DNA from: a virus
Taxonomy: Duplodnaviria; Caudoviricetes
Virus record (IMG/VR): IMGVR_UViG_3300013383_000001
Coordinates: 64,001-128,000 of that record
DNA: 64,000 nucleotides
Direction: 5' to 3' (one strand)
Below the pieces are notes generated by a model, which was not told the DNA's origin, did not search any database, and saw nothing but the letters and a program-made list of their open reading frames with translations. Shown piece after piece: positions 50,655 to 60,644 of this stretch. Both the position numbers and the translations under genes were made by a program. Position 1 is the first letter of the stretch. Every line of letters starts with the position of its first letter.

Positions 50655-50808
50655 AAATCATTCGTCTTACCATTCTATAATAGTAATAGTTACCATCTTT
50701 CTTTAGATGATTAACTAATGTTTCTGCTTCTTTATCTGTAAGACAATATCCTATTACAGAATTAGGATCTTTCATTATTACCCATATTACACCAACGTCT
50801 GTAGCCAT
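50647..50808 (-). CDS. Small hypothetical protein (53 aa), below track cutoff
   Basis: MATDVGVIWVIMKDPNSVIGYCLT...; fills the gap and overlaps the dam start. Confidence 0.55.
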   Translation of the reverse strand: MATDVGVIWVIMKDPNSVIGYCLTDKEAETLVNHLKKDGNYYYYRMVRRMIYV

Positions 50809-50862
50809 GTTTTAAAAAGTTGTAATACTGTTTTACCCAAATTCTATACTCAAAGGGATCTT

Positions 50863-51237
50863 TCATTTATTAAAAATATTTTTCCAAGAGATTAAATATA
50901 CATTATCATCTTTAATTGCATCAATGGATTCAGAAAGATTAATCACTTCAAATCCTCCCTCTATAAAAGGTTGAAATATTTCTTTGATGTGACCTTTCAA
51001 ATCGTCCTCAATATCAATGACACATCTATATGATTTTGAGAGCTGTAGACTGAACTCCGACTTACCTTTGATAATATCCTTTATAGAGTCTTGTTTATCC
51101 TTTATACGCTTCTCTATGGCTTTGTATGAGCCTGGTCCGTATGTGGTTTCTATCCAAGCACGCTCTGCAGTAAATGGAGTTTCAGTCTTAGTAACACACT
51201 TTTTAATAGTATTCTTAATGTTTTCTGTTACGCTCAT
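50863..51237 (-). CDS. Hypothetical protein
   Basis: ORF in operon. Confidence 0.7.
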   Translation of the reverse strand: MSVTENIKNTIKKCVTKTETPFTAERAWIETTYGPGSYKAIEKRIKDKQDSIKDIIKGKSEFSLQLSKSYRCVIDIEDDLKGHIKEIFQPFIEGGFEVINLSESIDAIKDDNVYLISWKNIFNK

Positions 51238-51745
51238 TGATTTCTTTTTTAAGTTGTTTGATTCCTCTTTTATTTAATGACATTGCTACTACTGGGATAT
51301 TATATTTACTCTTCTTTATTTCTCCATCTTTATCACGATATTCATAAAGTCGAGATTCACCTTCCCAATTAGAATATCCTTTATCTAATGATTTATGATA
51401 TTCTAATACATTTAATAAATATTCCCAATAGTATGCTGATCCATTTTGTCTTTCTCCAAATTCATCTCTATAGTATATATTAAAATTAATAGAGAATCCA
51501 AATTTTCTAAAGAAACAAACCCATATAAATGGATTTGCTTCATGTCTAGGACTATTGTATTTATCTTTCCACATTATATCACTTGCCCAAATATCTAATA
51601 TACTTGATATATTTTTAAGCCAAGTATAAGGACAATTATATATAGGGTTAGAAAAGAAACTAATACTAATTTTTGGTCTTTTAAACCACATTCTCATCTT
51701 CCACCAAGTCTTAAGTGGGTTTTTAATCGATATATTAATTTTCAT
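51215..51745 (-). CDS. Hypothetical Trp-rich protein
   Basis: ORF; likely start MKINISIK. Confidence 0.65.
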   Translation of the reverse strand: MKINISIKNPLKTWWKMRMWFKRPKISISFFSNPIYNCPYTWLKNISSILDIWASDIMWKDKYNSPRHEANPFIWVCFFRKFGFSINFNIYYRDEFGERQNGSAYYWEYLLNVLEYHKSLDKGYSNWEGESRLYEYRDKDGEIKKSKYNIPVVAMSLNKRGIKQLKKEINERNRKH

Positions 51746-51968
51746 AACATTCAAATTCATCAATATTCCACCCATCAAGGTTTGGAAGCTCAACTTGATC
51801 TAGAACATCCTGTTTTAATGTAGGATACTCGTATGATACATTGTATCCACTTTCTCCTCCTTGTTCTAGGAGTTCTGGTTCTGCAAATTCTTCATAGTTA
51901 TCTGTATATATAGTAAAGTCTTTACTAATACACAAACATACTGTTACATCAACCTTTTTCAAATTCAA
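51735..51968 (-). CDS. Hypothetical protein
   Basis: ORF in operon. Confidence 0.65.
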   Translation of the reverse strand: MNLKKVDVTVCLCISKDFTIYTDNYEEFAEPELLEQGGESGYNVSYEYPTLKQDVLDQVELPNLDGWNIDEFECYEN

Positions 51969-52206
51969 TTATCCATTCGTTGTCTTCAACGCCAATCTTA
52001 GATACTTTCATCCCATCTATCTCCTTTCCTACGGAGATAAACGGACCTCCAGGAGGATCTATAAAAGAATAATTATGATTCTTATAATCTTCATCAGAAT
52101 CAAAACCTACCCTTACATGTTCTCCAGAGCATTTTAGAATATATTTATTCTCAGATATTGGTTCAAGATGTACATCATCACCATACCTGTTATAAAGTTT
52201 AATCAT
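51949..52206 (-). CDS. Hypothetical protein
   Basis: ORF; FIDPPGGPFISVG motif. Confidence 0.7.
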   Translation of the reverse strand: MIKLYNRYGDDVHLEPISENKYILKCSGEHVRVGFDSDEDYKNHNYSFIDPPGGPFISVGKEIDGMKVSKIGVEDNEWIIEFEKG

Positions 52207-52472
52207 TTCTCAAGACGTTTAATTTCGTCATTAATATAGAATCTTGCTTTCTTTAAATCCTCTATCTGTTTATCTTTAGATGATATTCCTTCTTCTGATT
52301 TATGACCAGCACGAATTACATACTTTATTACATTTCCGAGATTAAAGTTCATGTGTCTAGTTATATCAATAACTTCTACACCACATAAATCTTTAAGCCA
52401 AGTATAATGCGAAGGATGTTCTACTCTATCAGGAGTTCTATTTAAATATGCTTGTTTTAACCAATCTCCCAT
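52203..52472 (-). CDS. DUF3310-family protein (T7 gp1.7-like nucleotide kinase family)
   Basis: VEHPSHY...EVIDI...FNLGNVIKYVIRAGHK...EDLKKARFYI signature. Confidence 0.85.
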   Translation of the reverse strand: MGDWLKQAYLNRTPDRVEHPSHYTWLKDLCGVEVIDITRHMNFNLGNVIKYVIRAGHKSEEGISSKDKQIEDLKKARFYINDEIKRLEK

Positions 52473-52523
52473 GTACTAGTATAATTAGAATAATCAACTT
52501 TAAAAAATTCTACATTATTGTAA

Positions 52524-52748
52524 TCAACGTGCCAAGTATTCACAATTTTCCACATTCCAATCATTTAAATCAAGTCCATTTAGTTTTAATCCTACCTTAT
52601 TTAATATCTGTTGAACCTTAGATAGAGCATTATGAGGAAGTAATATTTCCTCTTTTGCTCTATTTAAAAGTTCTTCATCTGAAGTATTCTCACTTACTTC
52701 TAAAAATAAACTTCTACTCATGGTTATATTACAAACCACTTCTTTCAT
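52524..52748 (-). CDS. Hypothetical protein
   Basis: ORF with TGATG coupling to polA. Confidence 0.65.
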   Translation of the reverse strand: MKEVVCNITMSRSLFLEVSENTSDEELLNRAKEEILLPHNALSKVQQILNKVGLKLNGLDLNDWNVENCEYLAR

Positions 52749-54772
52749 CAATGAATCCATCCTAATCCTGTTTCAGGTTCTGCTGGTATCGGCAACTTTT
52801 TACAAAATACAGACGCGGCATTTTCCATACATTCTACTAATTTAGGAACTACCACATCTTTTAACTCTTTTGGGTACTCTATTACATTTTCATCATGTAC
52901 AATATTACACAATTTTACTTTACCAAACAAGTTACTGGAAATAATCCATTTAAAGAACATAATATTTGAGAGCTTTATAATACAAGCACCAGTACCTTGA
53001 GTGGGTGAATTTAAAGACAATCTTTCCCACTTAGATATAGCCATATTATGTTCTTTTAACTCTTGTTTAGAATAAGTAGCTCTTCTAATATCATCAGGAA
53101 TACTTTCTATTTTAGTCCATTTGTCAAAATCTTCCCAATAAATTTTATGACCAGTGACAGGAGTGATTAAAACATATCCATACTTTCTTACAAATGCAGC
53201 TCCCTTCTTTCTAAACTCAGAGATTCCTTTAAAACCTTCATTATAATTTTGTGCAATTTCTTTTGCTTCTTGCATACTACATCCTAAAGAATTTTGAATT
53301 GCTCTTGCACTACCGCCAAACTGTTGTGAAAACTCTACAGGTTTAGCTCTTTTTCTAAGATCTGGATATAGTTTTTTAATATCCTTTACAGGTACATCTT
53401 TTAATTCTTTAAAACAATGCTTAGCAGTTAGAGAATGAATATCTCCAGAACCTTCTAAATACTCTTTAAGCATAGATTGTTCATTATAAATATCTGCACC
53501 TAGTCTTGATTCCAAAGCGGCATAATCACAACTAGTTAAAAGATTACCATCTTCAGGAGAGAAAGCCATTCTAGTATCGTGATCACTAGGGAGATTCTGT
53601 AATTGAGGATACTGACAACTGCCTTTAGGTAAATGTTTATACTTAGTTAAATCTGTATTCTCATTCTTAGATCCACAAGACATTCGCCCAGAGGAAGCTC
53701 CTAATTGTCTGAATACAGTGTGTATTCTATTAGTAATAGGATTTATAGCATCAAGATATTTTTGCCCAAAGGTATTGCACACAATTTCTGTTTCTTTTAC
53801 TGCTAAATATAACTTTAAAAATTCATCATTAACACCTTTTTGTTTTATAAGTATCTTAGCATTTACACTTTTCTTAGATTCTCCTGTTTTTTTATCAACA
53901 GCACTAACATCAAAACCGAGTGCTTCTACTATTGGGATTACTTGTTGTGCAGAAGACCAATTAACTGTGCATATTGGACCAGTATTAAATTCTTCAAATA
54001 AAGAAGCATCAGGTATCTTATACATTTTAATAGGGAAATCTTTATGTTGCATATTAAAAGATATTGCCCATTTATTAAGATTTTCTAAAGCCTCTTTATT
54101 ACCATTCTCATCCTTCTGCATCTTTGTTTTCCATTTATTTACATCTAAATGAATCCCACACCATTCAAGATACGCTATAACTGCAACAAAGCTATTTTCT
54201 AATTTAGCTCCATTATAACAAGATTTATCTTTACATTCTTGTAGTTGTTGCTCATAAATTTTTTCAAGATATGTAACATCTCCTGCTGCATATATTACAA
54301 CATTAGAATCAAGACCTCTCCATATAATTTCACCACGAACTGTCTTATCTATATCAATGCCTAATCGTCTTTCAGCTATAGCTTTTAAAGATACACGAAA
54401 GAATTTGCTATCATAACCAAGATGCAATAGTTGCTCTACTATCATAGTATCCCAAATCTTTCTAGGAACTATTTCATAATTATAGAGGAATTGTAAATCA
54501 AATTTAAGATTTTGACCAATGATAAGTTTTGATTCTAATATATCTTTAAAAAGAGTAATAGGGTAGTCTTTAGCATCTATAACCACCCTAGCATCACTAG
54601 AATCATTGCCTAATTGATAACATAATAATTCGCATAAATGCGGATCTCTACCACTAGTTTCAGTATCAAACTGAATTACATCCCAACTTTTAATGATATT
54701 ATAAGCATCTTCAAATGGTACTACTTTATACTGGTCTGTACTTTCTAAAGTATTACTTACAAGAAGAATCAT
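52748..54772 (-). CDS. polA: Family A DNA polymerase with 3'-5' exonuclease
   Basis: Exonuclease FDTET, QNLKFD, YAAGD; polymerase SGRMS, QLQNLP, DYAALESR, RKRAKPVEF, VHDE. Confidence 0.93.
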   Translation of the reverse strand: MILLVSNTLESTDQYKVVPFEDAYNIIKSWDVIQFDTETSGRDPHLCELLCYQLGNDSSDARVVIDAKDYPITLFKDILESKLIIGQNLKFDLQFLYNYEIVPRKIWDTMIVEQLLHLGYDSKFFRVSLKAIAERRLGIDIDKTVRGEIIWRGLDSNVVIYAAGDVTYLEKIYEQQLQECKDKSCYNGAKLENSFVAVIAYLEWCGIHLDVNKWKTKMQKDENGNKEALENLNKWAISFNMQHKDFPIKMYKIPDASLFEEFNTGPICTVNWSSAQQVIPIVEALGFDVSAVDKKTGESKKSVNAKILIKQKGVNDEFLKLYLAVKETEIVCNTFGQKYLDAINPITNRIHTVFRQLGASSGRMSCGSKNENTDLTKYKHLPKGSCQYPQLQNLPSDHDTRMAFSPEDGNLLTSCDYAALESRLGADIYNEQSMLKEYLEGSGDIHSLTAKHCFKELKDVPVKDIKKLYPDLRKRAKPVEFSQQFGGSARAIQNSLGCSMQEAKEIAQNYNEGFKGISEFRKKGAAFVRKYGYVLITPVTGHKIYWEDFDKWTKIESIPDDIRRATYSKQELKEHNMAISKWERLSLNSPTQGTGACIIKLSNIMFFKWIISSNLFGKVKLCNIVHDENVIEYPKELKDVVVPKLVECMENAASVFCKKLPIPAEPETGLGWIH

Positions 54773-55280
54773 AAATTATTACATTTCCAATAGGATCAAC
54801 AATAGTATCTTTAATGTTATAAAGTGCCAGTTTCTGACTAAAATATTCAGGTTGTTTATCTACTACATATTGCACCACACTATCAGACATTGGTATTTCG
54901 CAATATATTTTGCCTGTGATTATATTTTTAACACGAGGATCTTTAGACAGAATTACATCAAGTCTATGTTCATATTGAGCATTAGTGTACCACAAATCCT
55001 CAGTTACCATAAGTCCATGATGTGCAATATCTCTAGTAATACTATCACTAATTGCAATTGCAGATTCCATTACACTAGCAGGATTCACTGTTAATCGTAT
55101 TCTGCATTTAAGTTTATTAGCAAAATATTTTAATTTATCTATTGAATCAATTAATGCTTGACAACTTCTTACTTTATATGTTTGAACAAATTGCGAGTTC
55201 GCAAGACTTATTGTATAATAATAATCCTCATCAAACTTCAGAAACCAATAAGGTGTTAATTCGTGTCGATTTTTAATCAT
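54753..55280 (-). CDS. Hypothetical protein
   Basis: ORF in operon. Confidence 0.7.
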   Translation of the reverse strand: MIKNRHELTPYWFLKFDEDYYYTISLANSQFVQTYKVRSCQALIDSIDKLKYFANKLKCRIRLTVNPASVMESAIAISDSITRDIAHHGLMVTEDLWYTNAQYEHRLDVILSKDPRVKNIITGKIYCEIPMSDSVVQYVVDKQPEYFSQKLALYNIKDTIVDPIGNVIIYDSSCK

Positions 55281-56128
55281 ATAAATTCACTTAATTCTTC
55301 GGAATAATTCTTTTTTAAATTAGAGATAGTAACTATAAGAAGTTGTCTTACTCTTTCTTTAGTAAGACCCATTCTAGCAGCAATCTCTTCTTTAGTTAAA
55401 GATTGCATACCAATTCCAAAGTACATACATATTAAATCATGTTCCCTTGATGGAAGCTCTTCTACTATCTCGTGTATCTTCTTAGATAAATCATTATTAA
55501 TAAGAGTACTATCAACTAACTCTTTTTCATCTTTCAAATTATCGGCAAGAGTGCCTATTTCTCCTTCACGAATAGGATTATCTAAAGATACGCCTTTATT
55601 ATAAGTAGATAAGATAGTACTAATCTTTTCTTCATTTAAATCAGTATCATCTTGTATCTCCTCGATAGTAGGTCTTCTTTGATACTTTTGCTCAAATTTA
55701 TCTATAACTCTATTCAGTTTACCAAGATTTGCAGAATAATTGGTAGGTATTCTTACAGATCTACTTGTATTAGCTAATGCTTTAACAATAGCTTGTCTAA
55801 TCCACCATACTGCATAAGAGATGAACTTAAATCCTCTTGATTCATCAAATTTTTCAGCAGCTTTAGTAGCACCTATTACTGCTTCTTGTATTAAATCAAC
55901 TAATGGAAGACCTTTGTGTTGGTATTGTTTTGCTACAGATACACAAAAACGAAGATTGGCAGTCACTAATTCGGTAACTGCCTTTTTATCTCCATTTTTA
56001 ATACGTCTTGCTAATTCAATCTCTTCTTCATCTGAAATCATTTTTATCCTATTTAAATCCATAAATAAGATACGAAGAGAATCATCAGGTCTATCAGTTA
56101 TAGATTTGGATATTGTAAAATTACCCAT
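55277..56128 (-). CDS. Sigma-70 family (RpoD/RpoS-like) sigma factor
   Basis: ANLRFCVSVAKQY, DLIQE, KFDESRGFKFISYAVWWIRQAI and region 4 LTKERVRQ. Confidence 0.92.
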   Translation of the reverse strand: MGNFTISKSITDRPDDSLRILFMDLNRIKMISDEEEIELARRIKNGDKKAVTELVTANLRFCVSVAKQYQHKGLPLVDLIQEAVIGATKAAEKFDESRGFKFISYAVWWIRQAIVKALANTSRSVRIPTNYSANLGKLNRVIDKFEQKYQRRPTIEEIQDDTDLNEEKISTILSTYNKGVSLDNPIREGEIGTLADNLKDEKELVDSTLINNDLSKKIHEIVEELPSREHDLICMYFGIGMQSLTKEEIAARMGLTKERVRQLLIVTISNLKKNYSEELSEFI

Positions 56129-56581
56129 TTATAATCCTGTTTGTATTGTAAAGAAATTAAAATCCTTACTCTTTCCAAGTACATGTACTGTATTCTTAAG
56201 AGTTCTAATGATATTAACATCTCCTTCAAAATCTTCAAGTACTGTTACACAATGAGGATATTCTTTAATAAAATCATTAAATGTAGGATTCACTTTAAGA
56301 ACTTCCTTAAGAAGAAATACACCAACCATCCCAGCATCTGCAGTAAAAGTACCTAGCTCGGGGAGATCAATATCATAATCACTTCCTGATTCTAAATAAG
56401 AACAGATTTCTGCTTCTGGCTTCTTATCAGTTTTAAATGTAGTACATGTCCAATCTCCACACACAGTATTACTTATTATATAATTTTTAAATTTATGATT
56501 TGTTATCTCATCATAAATATCATCATACGCATTAGTAATATAACATGGATCAGTGATAATAATTGTTCCTTTAAACATCAT
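56129..56581 (-). CDS. Hypothetical phage protein
   Basis: IIITDPCY...FTADAGMVGVF motifs. Confidence 0.7.
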   Translation of the reverse strand: MMFKGTIIITDPCYITNAYDDIYDEITNHKFKNYIISNTVCGDWTCTTFKTDKKPEAEICSYLESGSDYDIDLPELGTFTADAGMVGVFLLKEVLKVNPTFNDFIKEYPHCVTVLEDFEGDVNIIRTLKNTVHVLGKSKDFNFFTIQTGL

Positions 56582-56585
56582 TTTA

Positions 56586-57776
56586 TTAAATTAAATCAGC
56601 TCTAAAGGCTAAAAATTTAGGTTGTTGAGGGATTCCCTCTTCTGATAATTCAAAGTATTTACAATCTCCTAATTGATTTCTATAACTCTCAAAATTATCA
56701 ACGTATTCTTGCTTAGTTTCTCTATCTCCTAATGGCATCGCCCTAAAAGTTCTACCATCTTCCATTTCACAGATAAATACCATATCTTCTGAACCTCGAA
56801 GACCAAGCTCATAATCAATAACTTTAAAAGTATCATCCTTATACTCCTTTATCTTTATCCAATCATTGCCACGAGATCCAGGTTTGTAAACAGAATCAGC
56901 TAAACGAATAACTAAACCTTCCCAACCTTCTGACACGAAAGCATCATGAAGTTTTTTCATATTATCCCAACCTGATACTTTCTCTTGTGGTACTAATTGT
57001 ATGCGTAGATCATCATCAGAAAAAGACTTATACGGATCGAAATCAGGCAATTGTAGCTCCTTACTCCACTCCAGCATAGTCTTATATCGTTCAGTAAATG
57101 ACTTCGTCAGATCGACTATATCATACCAATAAAACTGTAAATCTTTACCATCATCTACAGTACTTTGAGTTCTACATATTCCTGATATTTTCTGTAATGA
57201 CATTCCATGTTTATAGATTTCACCATCTAAAACAGCATCAGGATGATTTTTGAAGAACTCTTTAAGTATAGGATGTTCAATTATATGATATAAAGCTATA
57301 TCATAATTCATTGCTCCTCTAGATGCAGTATGTATTTTACCATTTTTGTAGTATAAAAGTGCTCTTGTTCCGTTAATTTTTCTACTTCCATAATACTCTT
57401 TATTAAAAGCACTTTTAGGAACTTTCTCGCTTTGTTTAGCGAGCATAGGTTTGAGGATTCCTTCTCCTCTAGTCTTTACTTCTCCGATGAGTTTATTTAA
57501 TTCATCTTCGGAATAAGCATCGATAGGATTAAGAAGTTCCTTGTAACCTTTATCTTTATATTTCTTTATAAGGCTATTAAACTCAAGTGCTGCTTGTTCA
57601 GAAACAGTTCTCTTTGCTTTACCTTTCTCTATATGTTTATTAGGTTGTTGGGTCATTTTACCATTATAACAACCTGTAAATCTATAAATAATATATGAGT
57701 GGGACTCTTCATCCCACTCACACTTTATAGATACAACTCTTATTTTTCCTTTCGAGTCTTTACTTACAAGATCCAT
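56586..57776 (-). CDS. lig: ATP-dependent DNA ligase
   Basis: KPMLA, RKINGTR (motif I), LDGEIY, YDIV, EGLVIR and WIKIK motifs. Confidence 0.9.
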   Translation of the reverse strand: MDLVSKDSKGKIRVVSIKCEWDEESHSYIIYRFTGCYNGKMTQQPNKHIEKGKAKRTVSEQAALEFNSLIKKYKDKGYKELLNPIDAYSEDELNKLIGEVKTRGEGILKPMLAKQSEKVPKSAFNKEYYGSRKINGTRALLYYKNGKIHTASRGAMNYDIALYHIIEHPILKEFFKNHPDAVLDGEIYKHGMSLQKISGICRTQSTVDDGKDLQFYWYDIVDLTKSFTERYKTMLEWSKELQLPDFDPYKSFSDDDLRIQLVPQEKVSGWDNMKKLHDAFVSEGWEGLVIRLADSVYKPGSRGNDWIKIKEYKDDTFKVIDYELGLRGSEDMVFICEMEDGRTFRAMPLGDRETKQEYVDNFESYRNQLGDCKYFELSEEGIPQQPKFLAFRADLI

Positions 57777-58132
57777 TAATACCAGATGCTAAATATAATT
57801 TCTTGATCATCATCAAGAGTTTCTGCAATATCAAGAAGGTTTTCAAACTCATCAAGAGCATCTTTTACATCTGCAAAGTAGTTATCATCATAGTCAGTAC
57901 TACCAAAGAAGAAACCTTCACGAGTTGGAAGAAGTTCAGGTGCTTTAGAATGGTCGTCAAGAACAATTCTTGCTTTCTCAATGAAATCACGAATATCAGA
58001 TTTATAAATGCATACTTCTTCTTGAGTAGCTATCTGTTCATCTGTCATAAACTGAGGAAGTAAGAAATTATACTTTCTAAAGTCACACACACCTCTTTCG
58101 GTTCTAATCGATACATTAATGTCAAGTCCCAT
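57776..58132 (-). CDS. Hypothetical phage protein
   Basis: MGLD...LLPTREGFFFGSTDYD motif. Confidence 0.7.
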   Translation of the reverse strand: MGLDINVSIRTERGVCDFRKYNFLLPQFMTDEQIATQEEVCIYKSDIRDFIEKARIVLDDHSKAPELLPTREGFFFGSTDYDDNYFADVKDALDEFENLLDIAETLDDDQEIIFSIWY

Positions 58133-58133
58133 G

Positions 58134-58430
58134 TTATTTTAAATTATGTTTAACAATATTCCAAATATCTCTAAGTGTTTCTGTAGGTACTTCTTTATTA
58201 TCTATCTTCATTATATAATCAGGTCTGTTCTTCTTTTCATATAACCACCAATAGATAGTTTCTGCGCCTTCATCATCGAAGTAAGCATGTATTACTTCAT
58301 CAAACATCATAAATGCATAATTTGTTATAAAGGCATCTCCCATATAAAATCCTGCATCATATATAATATCTAATTTATCATTTACTTCTTTAGTACTATT
58401 CATTAACTGAATAAAAGATACTTCGTTCAT
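58134..58430 (-). CDS. Hypothetical protein
   Basis: ORF in operon. Confidence 0.7.
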   Translation of the reverse strand: MNEVSFIQLMNSTKEVNDKLDIIYDAGFYMGDAFITNYAFMMFDEVIHAYFDDEGAETIYWWLYEKKNRPDYIMKIDNKEVPTETLRDIWNIVKHNLK

Positions 58431-58713
58431 TAAGCCAATTAATTATTTCATTTTTACTAGTTCCTGATTTCCACCAGAATAAATCCTCTATAAGTTTATT
58501 ATCCTTCCATAGATCAGGATTATCTAAAGCATCCATGATTTGATTAACTGATACAGTATCAGTCATTTCACAACAATCATCACACCATACATCTTCTTCA
58601 GTTTCGCAAAATTCACAAAAAGAATAATCATTTATATAAACCCATGCTTTACAACATACATTATCAGATCCACATTTTTCACAAAACAGAGTGTTGCTTC
58701 TAATATTACTCAT
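58396..58713 (-). CDS. Zn-ribbon protein
   Basis: CEKCGS...WCDDC. Ends at TAG, followed two codons later by TAA. Confidence 0.65.
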   Translation of the reverse strand: MSNIRSNTLFCEKCGSDNVCCKAWVYINDYSFCEFCETEEDVWCDDCCEMTDTVSVNQIMDALDNPDLWKDNKLIEDLFWWKSGTSKNEIINWLNERSIFYSVNE

Positions 58714-59068
58714 TCTCATTTTCTTCAGTTTTAGATGAAATGGTAAATCTATTACATCCGTCATGGTGATATGCTTCTAATTGATATGTTGGCAGTTCTG
58801 CATTATCATCAATTACCCAGATATTAAATTCATCAGTATCTTTTCCAAGACATTTACGTACTGCCTCAACATACGTATCACATTCGTATGGCATAATATC
58901 CTTTTGACCATGCCATAAACCAAGTGTACCTGTTATAACACAGGGATCAGTAGGAAGTTCATCTATAAAATCATCATACATCCAATCAAATTCATCATCT
59001 TCCTCAATAGGATGTCCGAGAAATGATTCTTCTGTACTAAGTACCAGTTTACGAGTTTTCTCTTGCAT
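58706..59068 (-). CDS. Acidic hypothetical protein
   Basis: Likely start MQEKTR; GTLGLWHG and HHDG motifs. Confidence 0.65.
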   Translation of the reverse strand: MQEKTRKLVLSTEESFLGHPIEEDDEFDWMYDDFIDELPTDPCVITGTLGLWHGQKDIMPYECDTYVEAVRKCLGKDTDEFNIWVIDDNAELPTYQLEAYHHDGCNRFTISSKTEENENE

Positions 59069-59183
59069 ATTTATAAACATTAGACCATTCATTACTATTA
59101 CGAAGTGCTGCTTCAGCAGTTTCAAGATTACAACCAGTTGCATGAACAACTTTCAGAATATTACCAATACTATTAGAAATCAT
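59049..59183 (-). CDS. Small protein (44 aa), possibly a UBA-like helical bundle
   Basis: MISNSIGNILKVVHATGCNLETAEAALRNSNEW...; fills an operon gap. Confidence 0.45.
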   Translation of the reverse strand: MISNSIGNILKVVHATGCNLETAEAALRNSNEWSNVYKYARENS

Positions 59184-59262
59184 TGTCTTCTCCTCCTTTA
59201 GCGATTAACCATCCAGTTATTAATATAATTAATATACAAATTATAGGTATTACCCAATTCAT
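59173..59262 (-). CDS. Tiny single-pass membrane peptide (29 aa)
   Basis: MNWVIPIICILIILITGWLIAKGGEDNDF; ATGA overlap with the upstream gene. Confidence 0.5.
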   Translation of the reverse strand: MNWVIPIICILIILITGWLIAKGGEDNDF

Positions 59263-59513
59263 TCTTTTATAAGTTCTTCAATACAGTCCTTTATTGTATC
59301 TTCATCTGAATAAAGTTCATCCATATCTATATCAGCATCTGCAGGAATATCACAAACTTGCTTGAGATAATGATAAGGATCTTCGTAGAACTCATCTATT
59401 AAATTATCTATATCTTTAATGTCAGGATTTTCTTCTACAATAACCTTTGCTATATCATAAGCATTAATCCTATCCCATTGCTCTACTCGATATACAACAT
59501 CAATAAATTCCAT
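59259..59513 (-). CDS. Acidic hypothetical protein
   Basis: ORF; resembles its neighbour 59500-59826. Confidence 0.7.
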   Translation of the reverse strand: MEFIDVVYRVEQWDRINAYDIAKVIVEENPDIKDIDNLIDEFYEDPYHYLKQVCDIPADADIDMDELYSDEDTIKDCIEELIKE

Positions 59514-59826
59514 ATTCTTTTACTTTATTTTTAAATGCTTCTTTTATTTCATCTTCATATTCTTCAATAATCTGAAAGTCATAATCATCCTCTCCTACCG
59601 TCTCAGGCAATCCTGCACAATGTAGATAATATGTACAATTAGAATAAAAGAGGTCAAGGAGTATTTCCATGACCTCTTCTATATTCTTATTATTAACTAT
59701 ATTAGATTCTTTAAATTCATGCTTCATCTGTTGTTTAGTAAACTCATTAGTTACTACTACATTAGCTAACTTATCAATATCTAAATCTAAAGAATCTTGA
59801 ATAGTATAATCAATATTTATTATCAT
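59500..59826 (-). CDS. Acidic hypothetical protein
   Basis: ORF with ATGA overlap. Confidence 0.7.
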   Translation of the reverse strand: MIINIDYTIQDSLDLDIDKLANVVVTNEFTKQQMKHEFKESNIVNNKNIEEVMEILLDLFYSNCTYYLHCAGLPETVGEDDYDFQIIEEYEDEIKEAFKNKVKEYGIY

Positions 59827-60086
59827 TTAAATACCCTGCGTCTTTGTGCTTCAGTTACTTCATTGGCTTGCTTACCCCATACTCCCTCTTTCTTCATACG
59901 ATTTATAAGGGCAACACTCTTCCAATTACCATCACCATCAAGGTATCCTTGAACACCTCTAATTATGATAGGTTTACGACCTGCCCGCTGATCTTTATCA
60001 AGTTTAGCTATCTGAACTTTGTTAAGTTTCTTAGGTTGCATTTTCTCAAAGTTCGCTGATTCGTCAATTATATCATTCTTAGGCAT
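59823..60086 (-). CDS. Basic hypothetical protein
   Basis: ORF in operon. Confidence 0.65.
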   Translation of the reverse strand: MPKNDIIDESANFEKMQPKKLNKVQIAKLDKDQRAGRKPIIIRGVQGYLDGDGNWKSVALINRMKKEGVWGKQANEVTEAQRRRVFK

Positions 60087-60092
60087 ATTATT

Positions 60093-60644
60093 TTATTTAT
60101 TAGATATATAGTTTCCATCTTTATCGAGGTTAGAATGCCCGAAGCCTCCGCCACGGTTTTCTCCGACTAGCTCTGAGAGTGATTTTACACTCTGCCAATC
60201 TATATGAGGTACTTCACTTAGTACCATCTGTGCTATACGCTCACCATCTTCAATCCAAATGGTCTCAAAACCATGATTAATTACTGGTACGCCTATCTCA
60301 TTTTTATAACTCGCGTCTATAGTCCCTATAGAGTTAGTTAAATTTAATCCTTTCTTGATTGAGAGTCCACTACGAGGCCTAATTTGTATTTCATAACCTT
60401 CAGGGATAGAAGTGTATAGACCAGTAGGAATAATTGCTCTGCTACCTGGTTCTAAGCGCAACATAGTAGTAGGATGCCCTTCACCAGCAAAGATTATCTC
60501 ACCTTCTCCATAAAGTTTAATGGGGTTCTCTGGAGATACTCTACTAAAATCTGCACGGATGTCTGCACCTGCATCTGTAGGATGTGTGTATTCAGGATTA
60601 GGATTATTAGAAATGTTATAAATTTGTACTACTACATTAATCAT
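60093..60644 (-). CDS. dut: Trimeric dUTPase
   Basis: AGADI, RPRSGL, GTIDASY, ERIAQM and RGGGFGHS motifs. Confidence 0.93.
   Translation of the reverse strand: MINVVVQIYNISNNPNPEYTHPTDAGADIRADFSRVSPENPIKLYGEGEIIFAGEGHPTTMLRLEPGSRAIIPTGLYTSIPEGYEIQIRPRSGLSIKKGLNLTNSIGTIDASYKNEIGVPVINHGFETIWIEDGERIAQMVLSEVPHIDWQSVKSLSELVGENRGGGFGHSNLDKDGNYISNK

Noticed and set aside
52748-57776. Inteins or introns in PolA or ligase
   Set aside because: Motifs are contiguous with normal spacing, and no C...HN splice signatures were seen.
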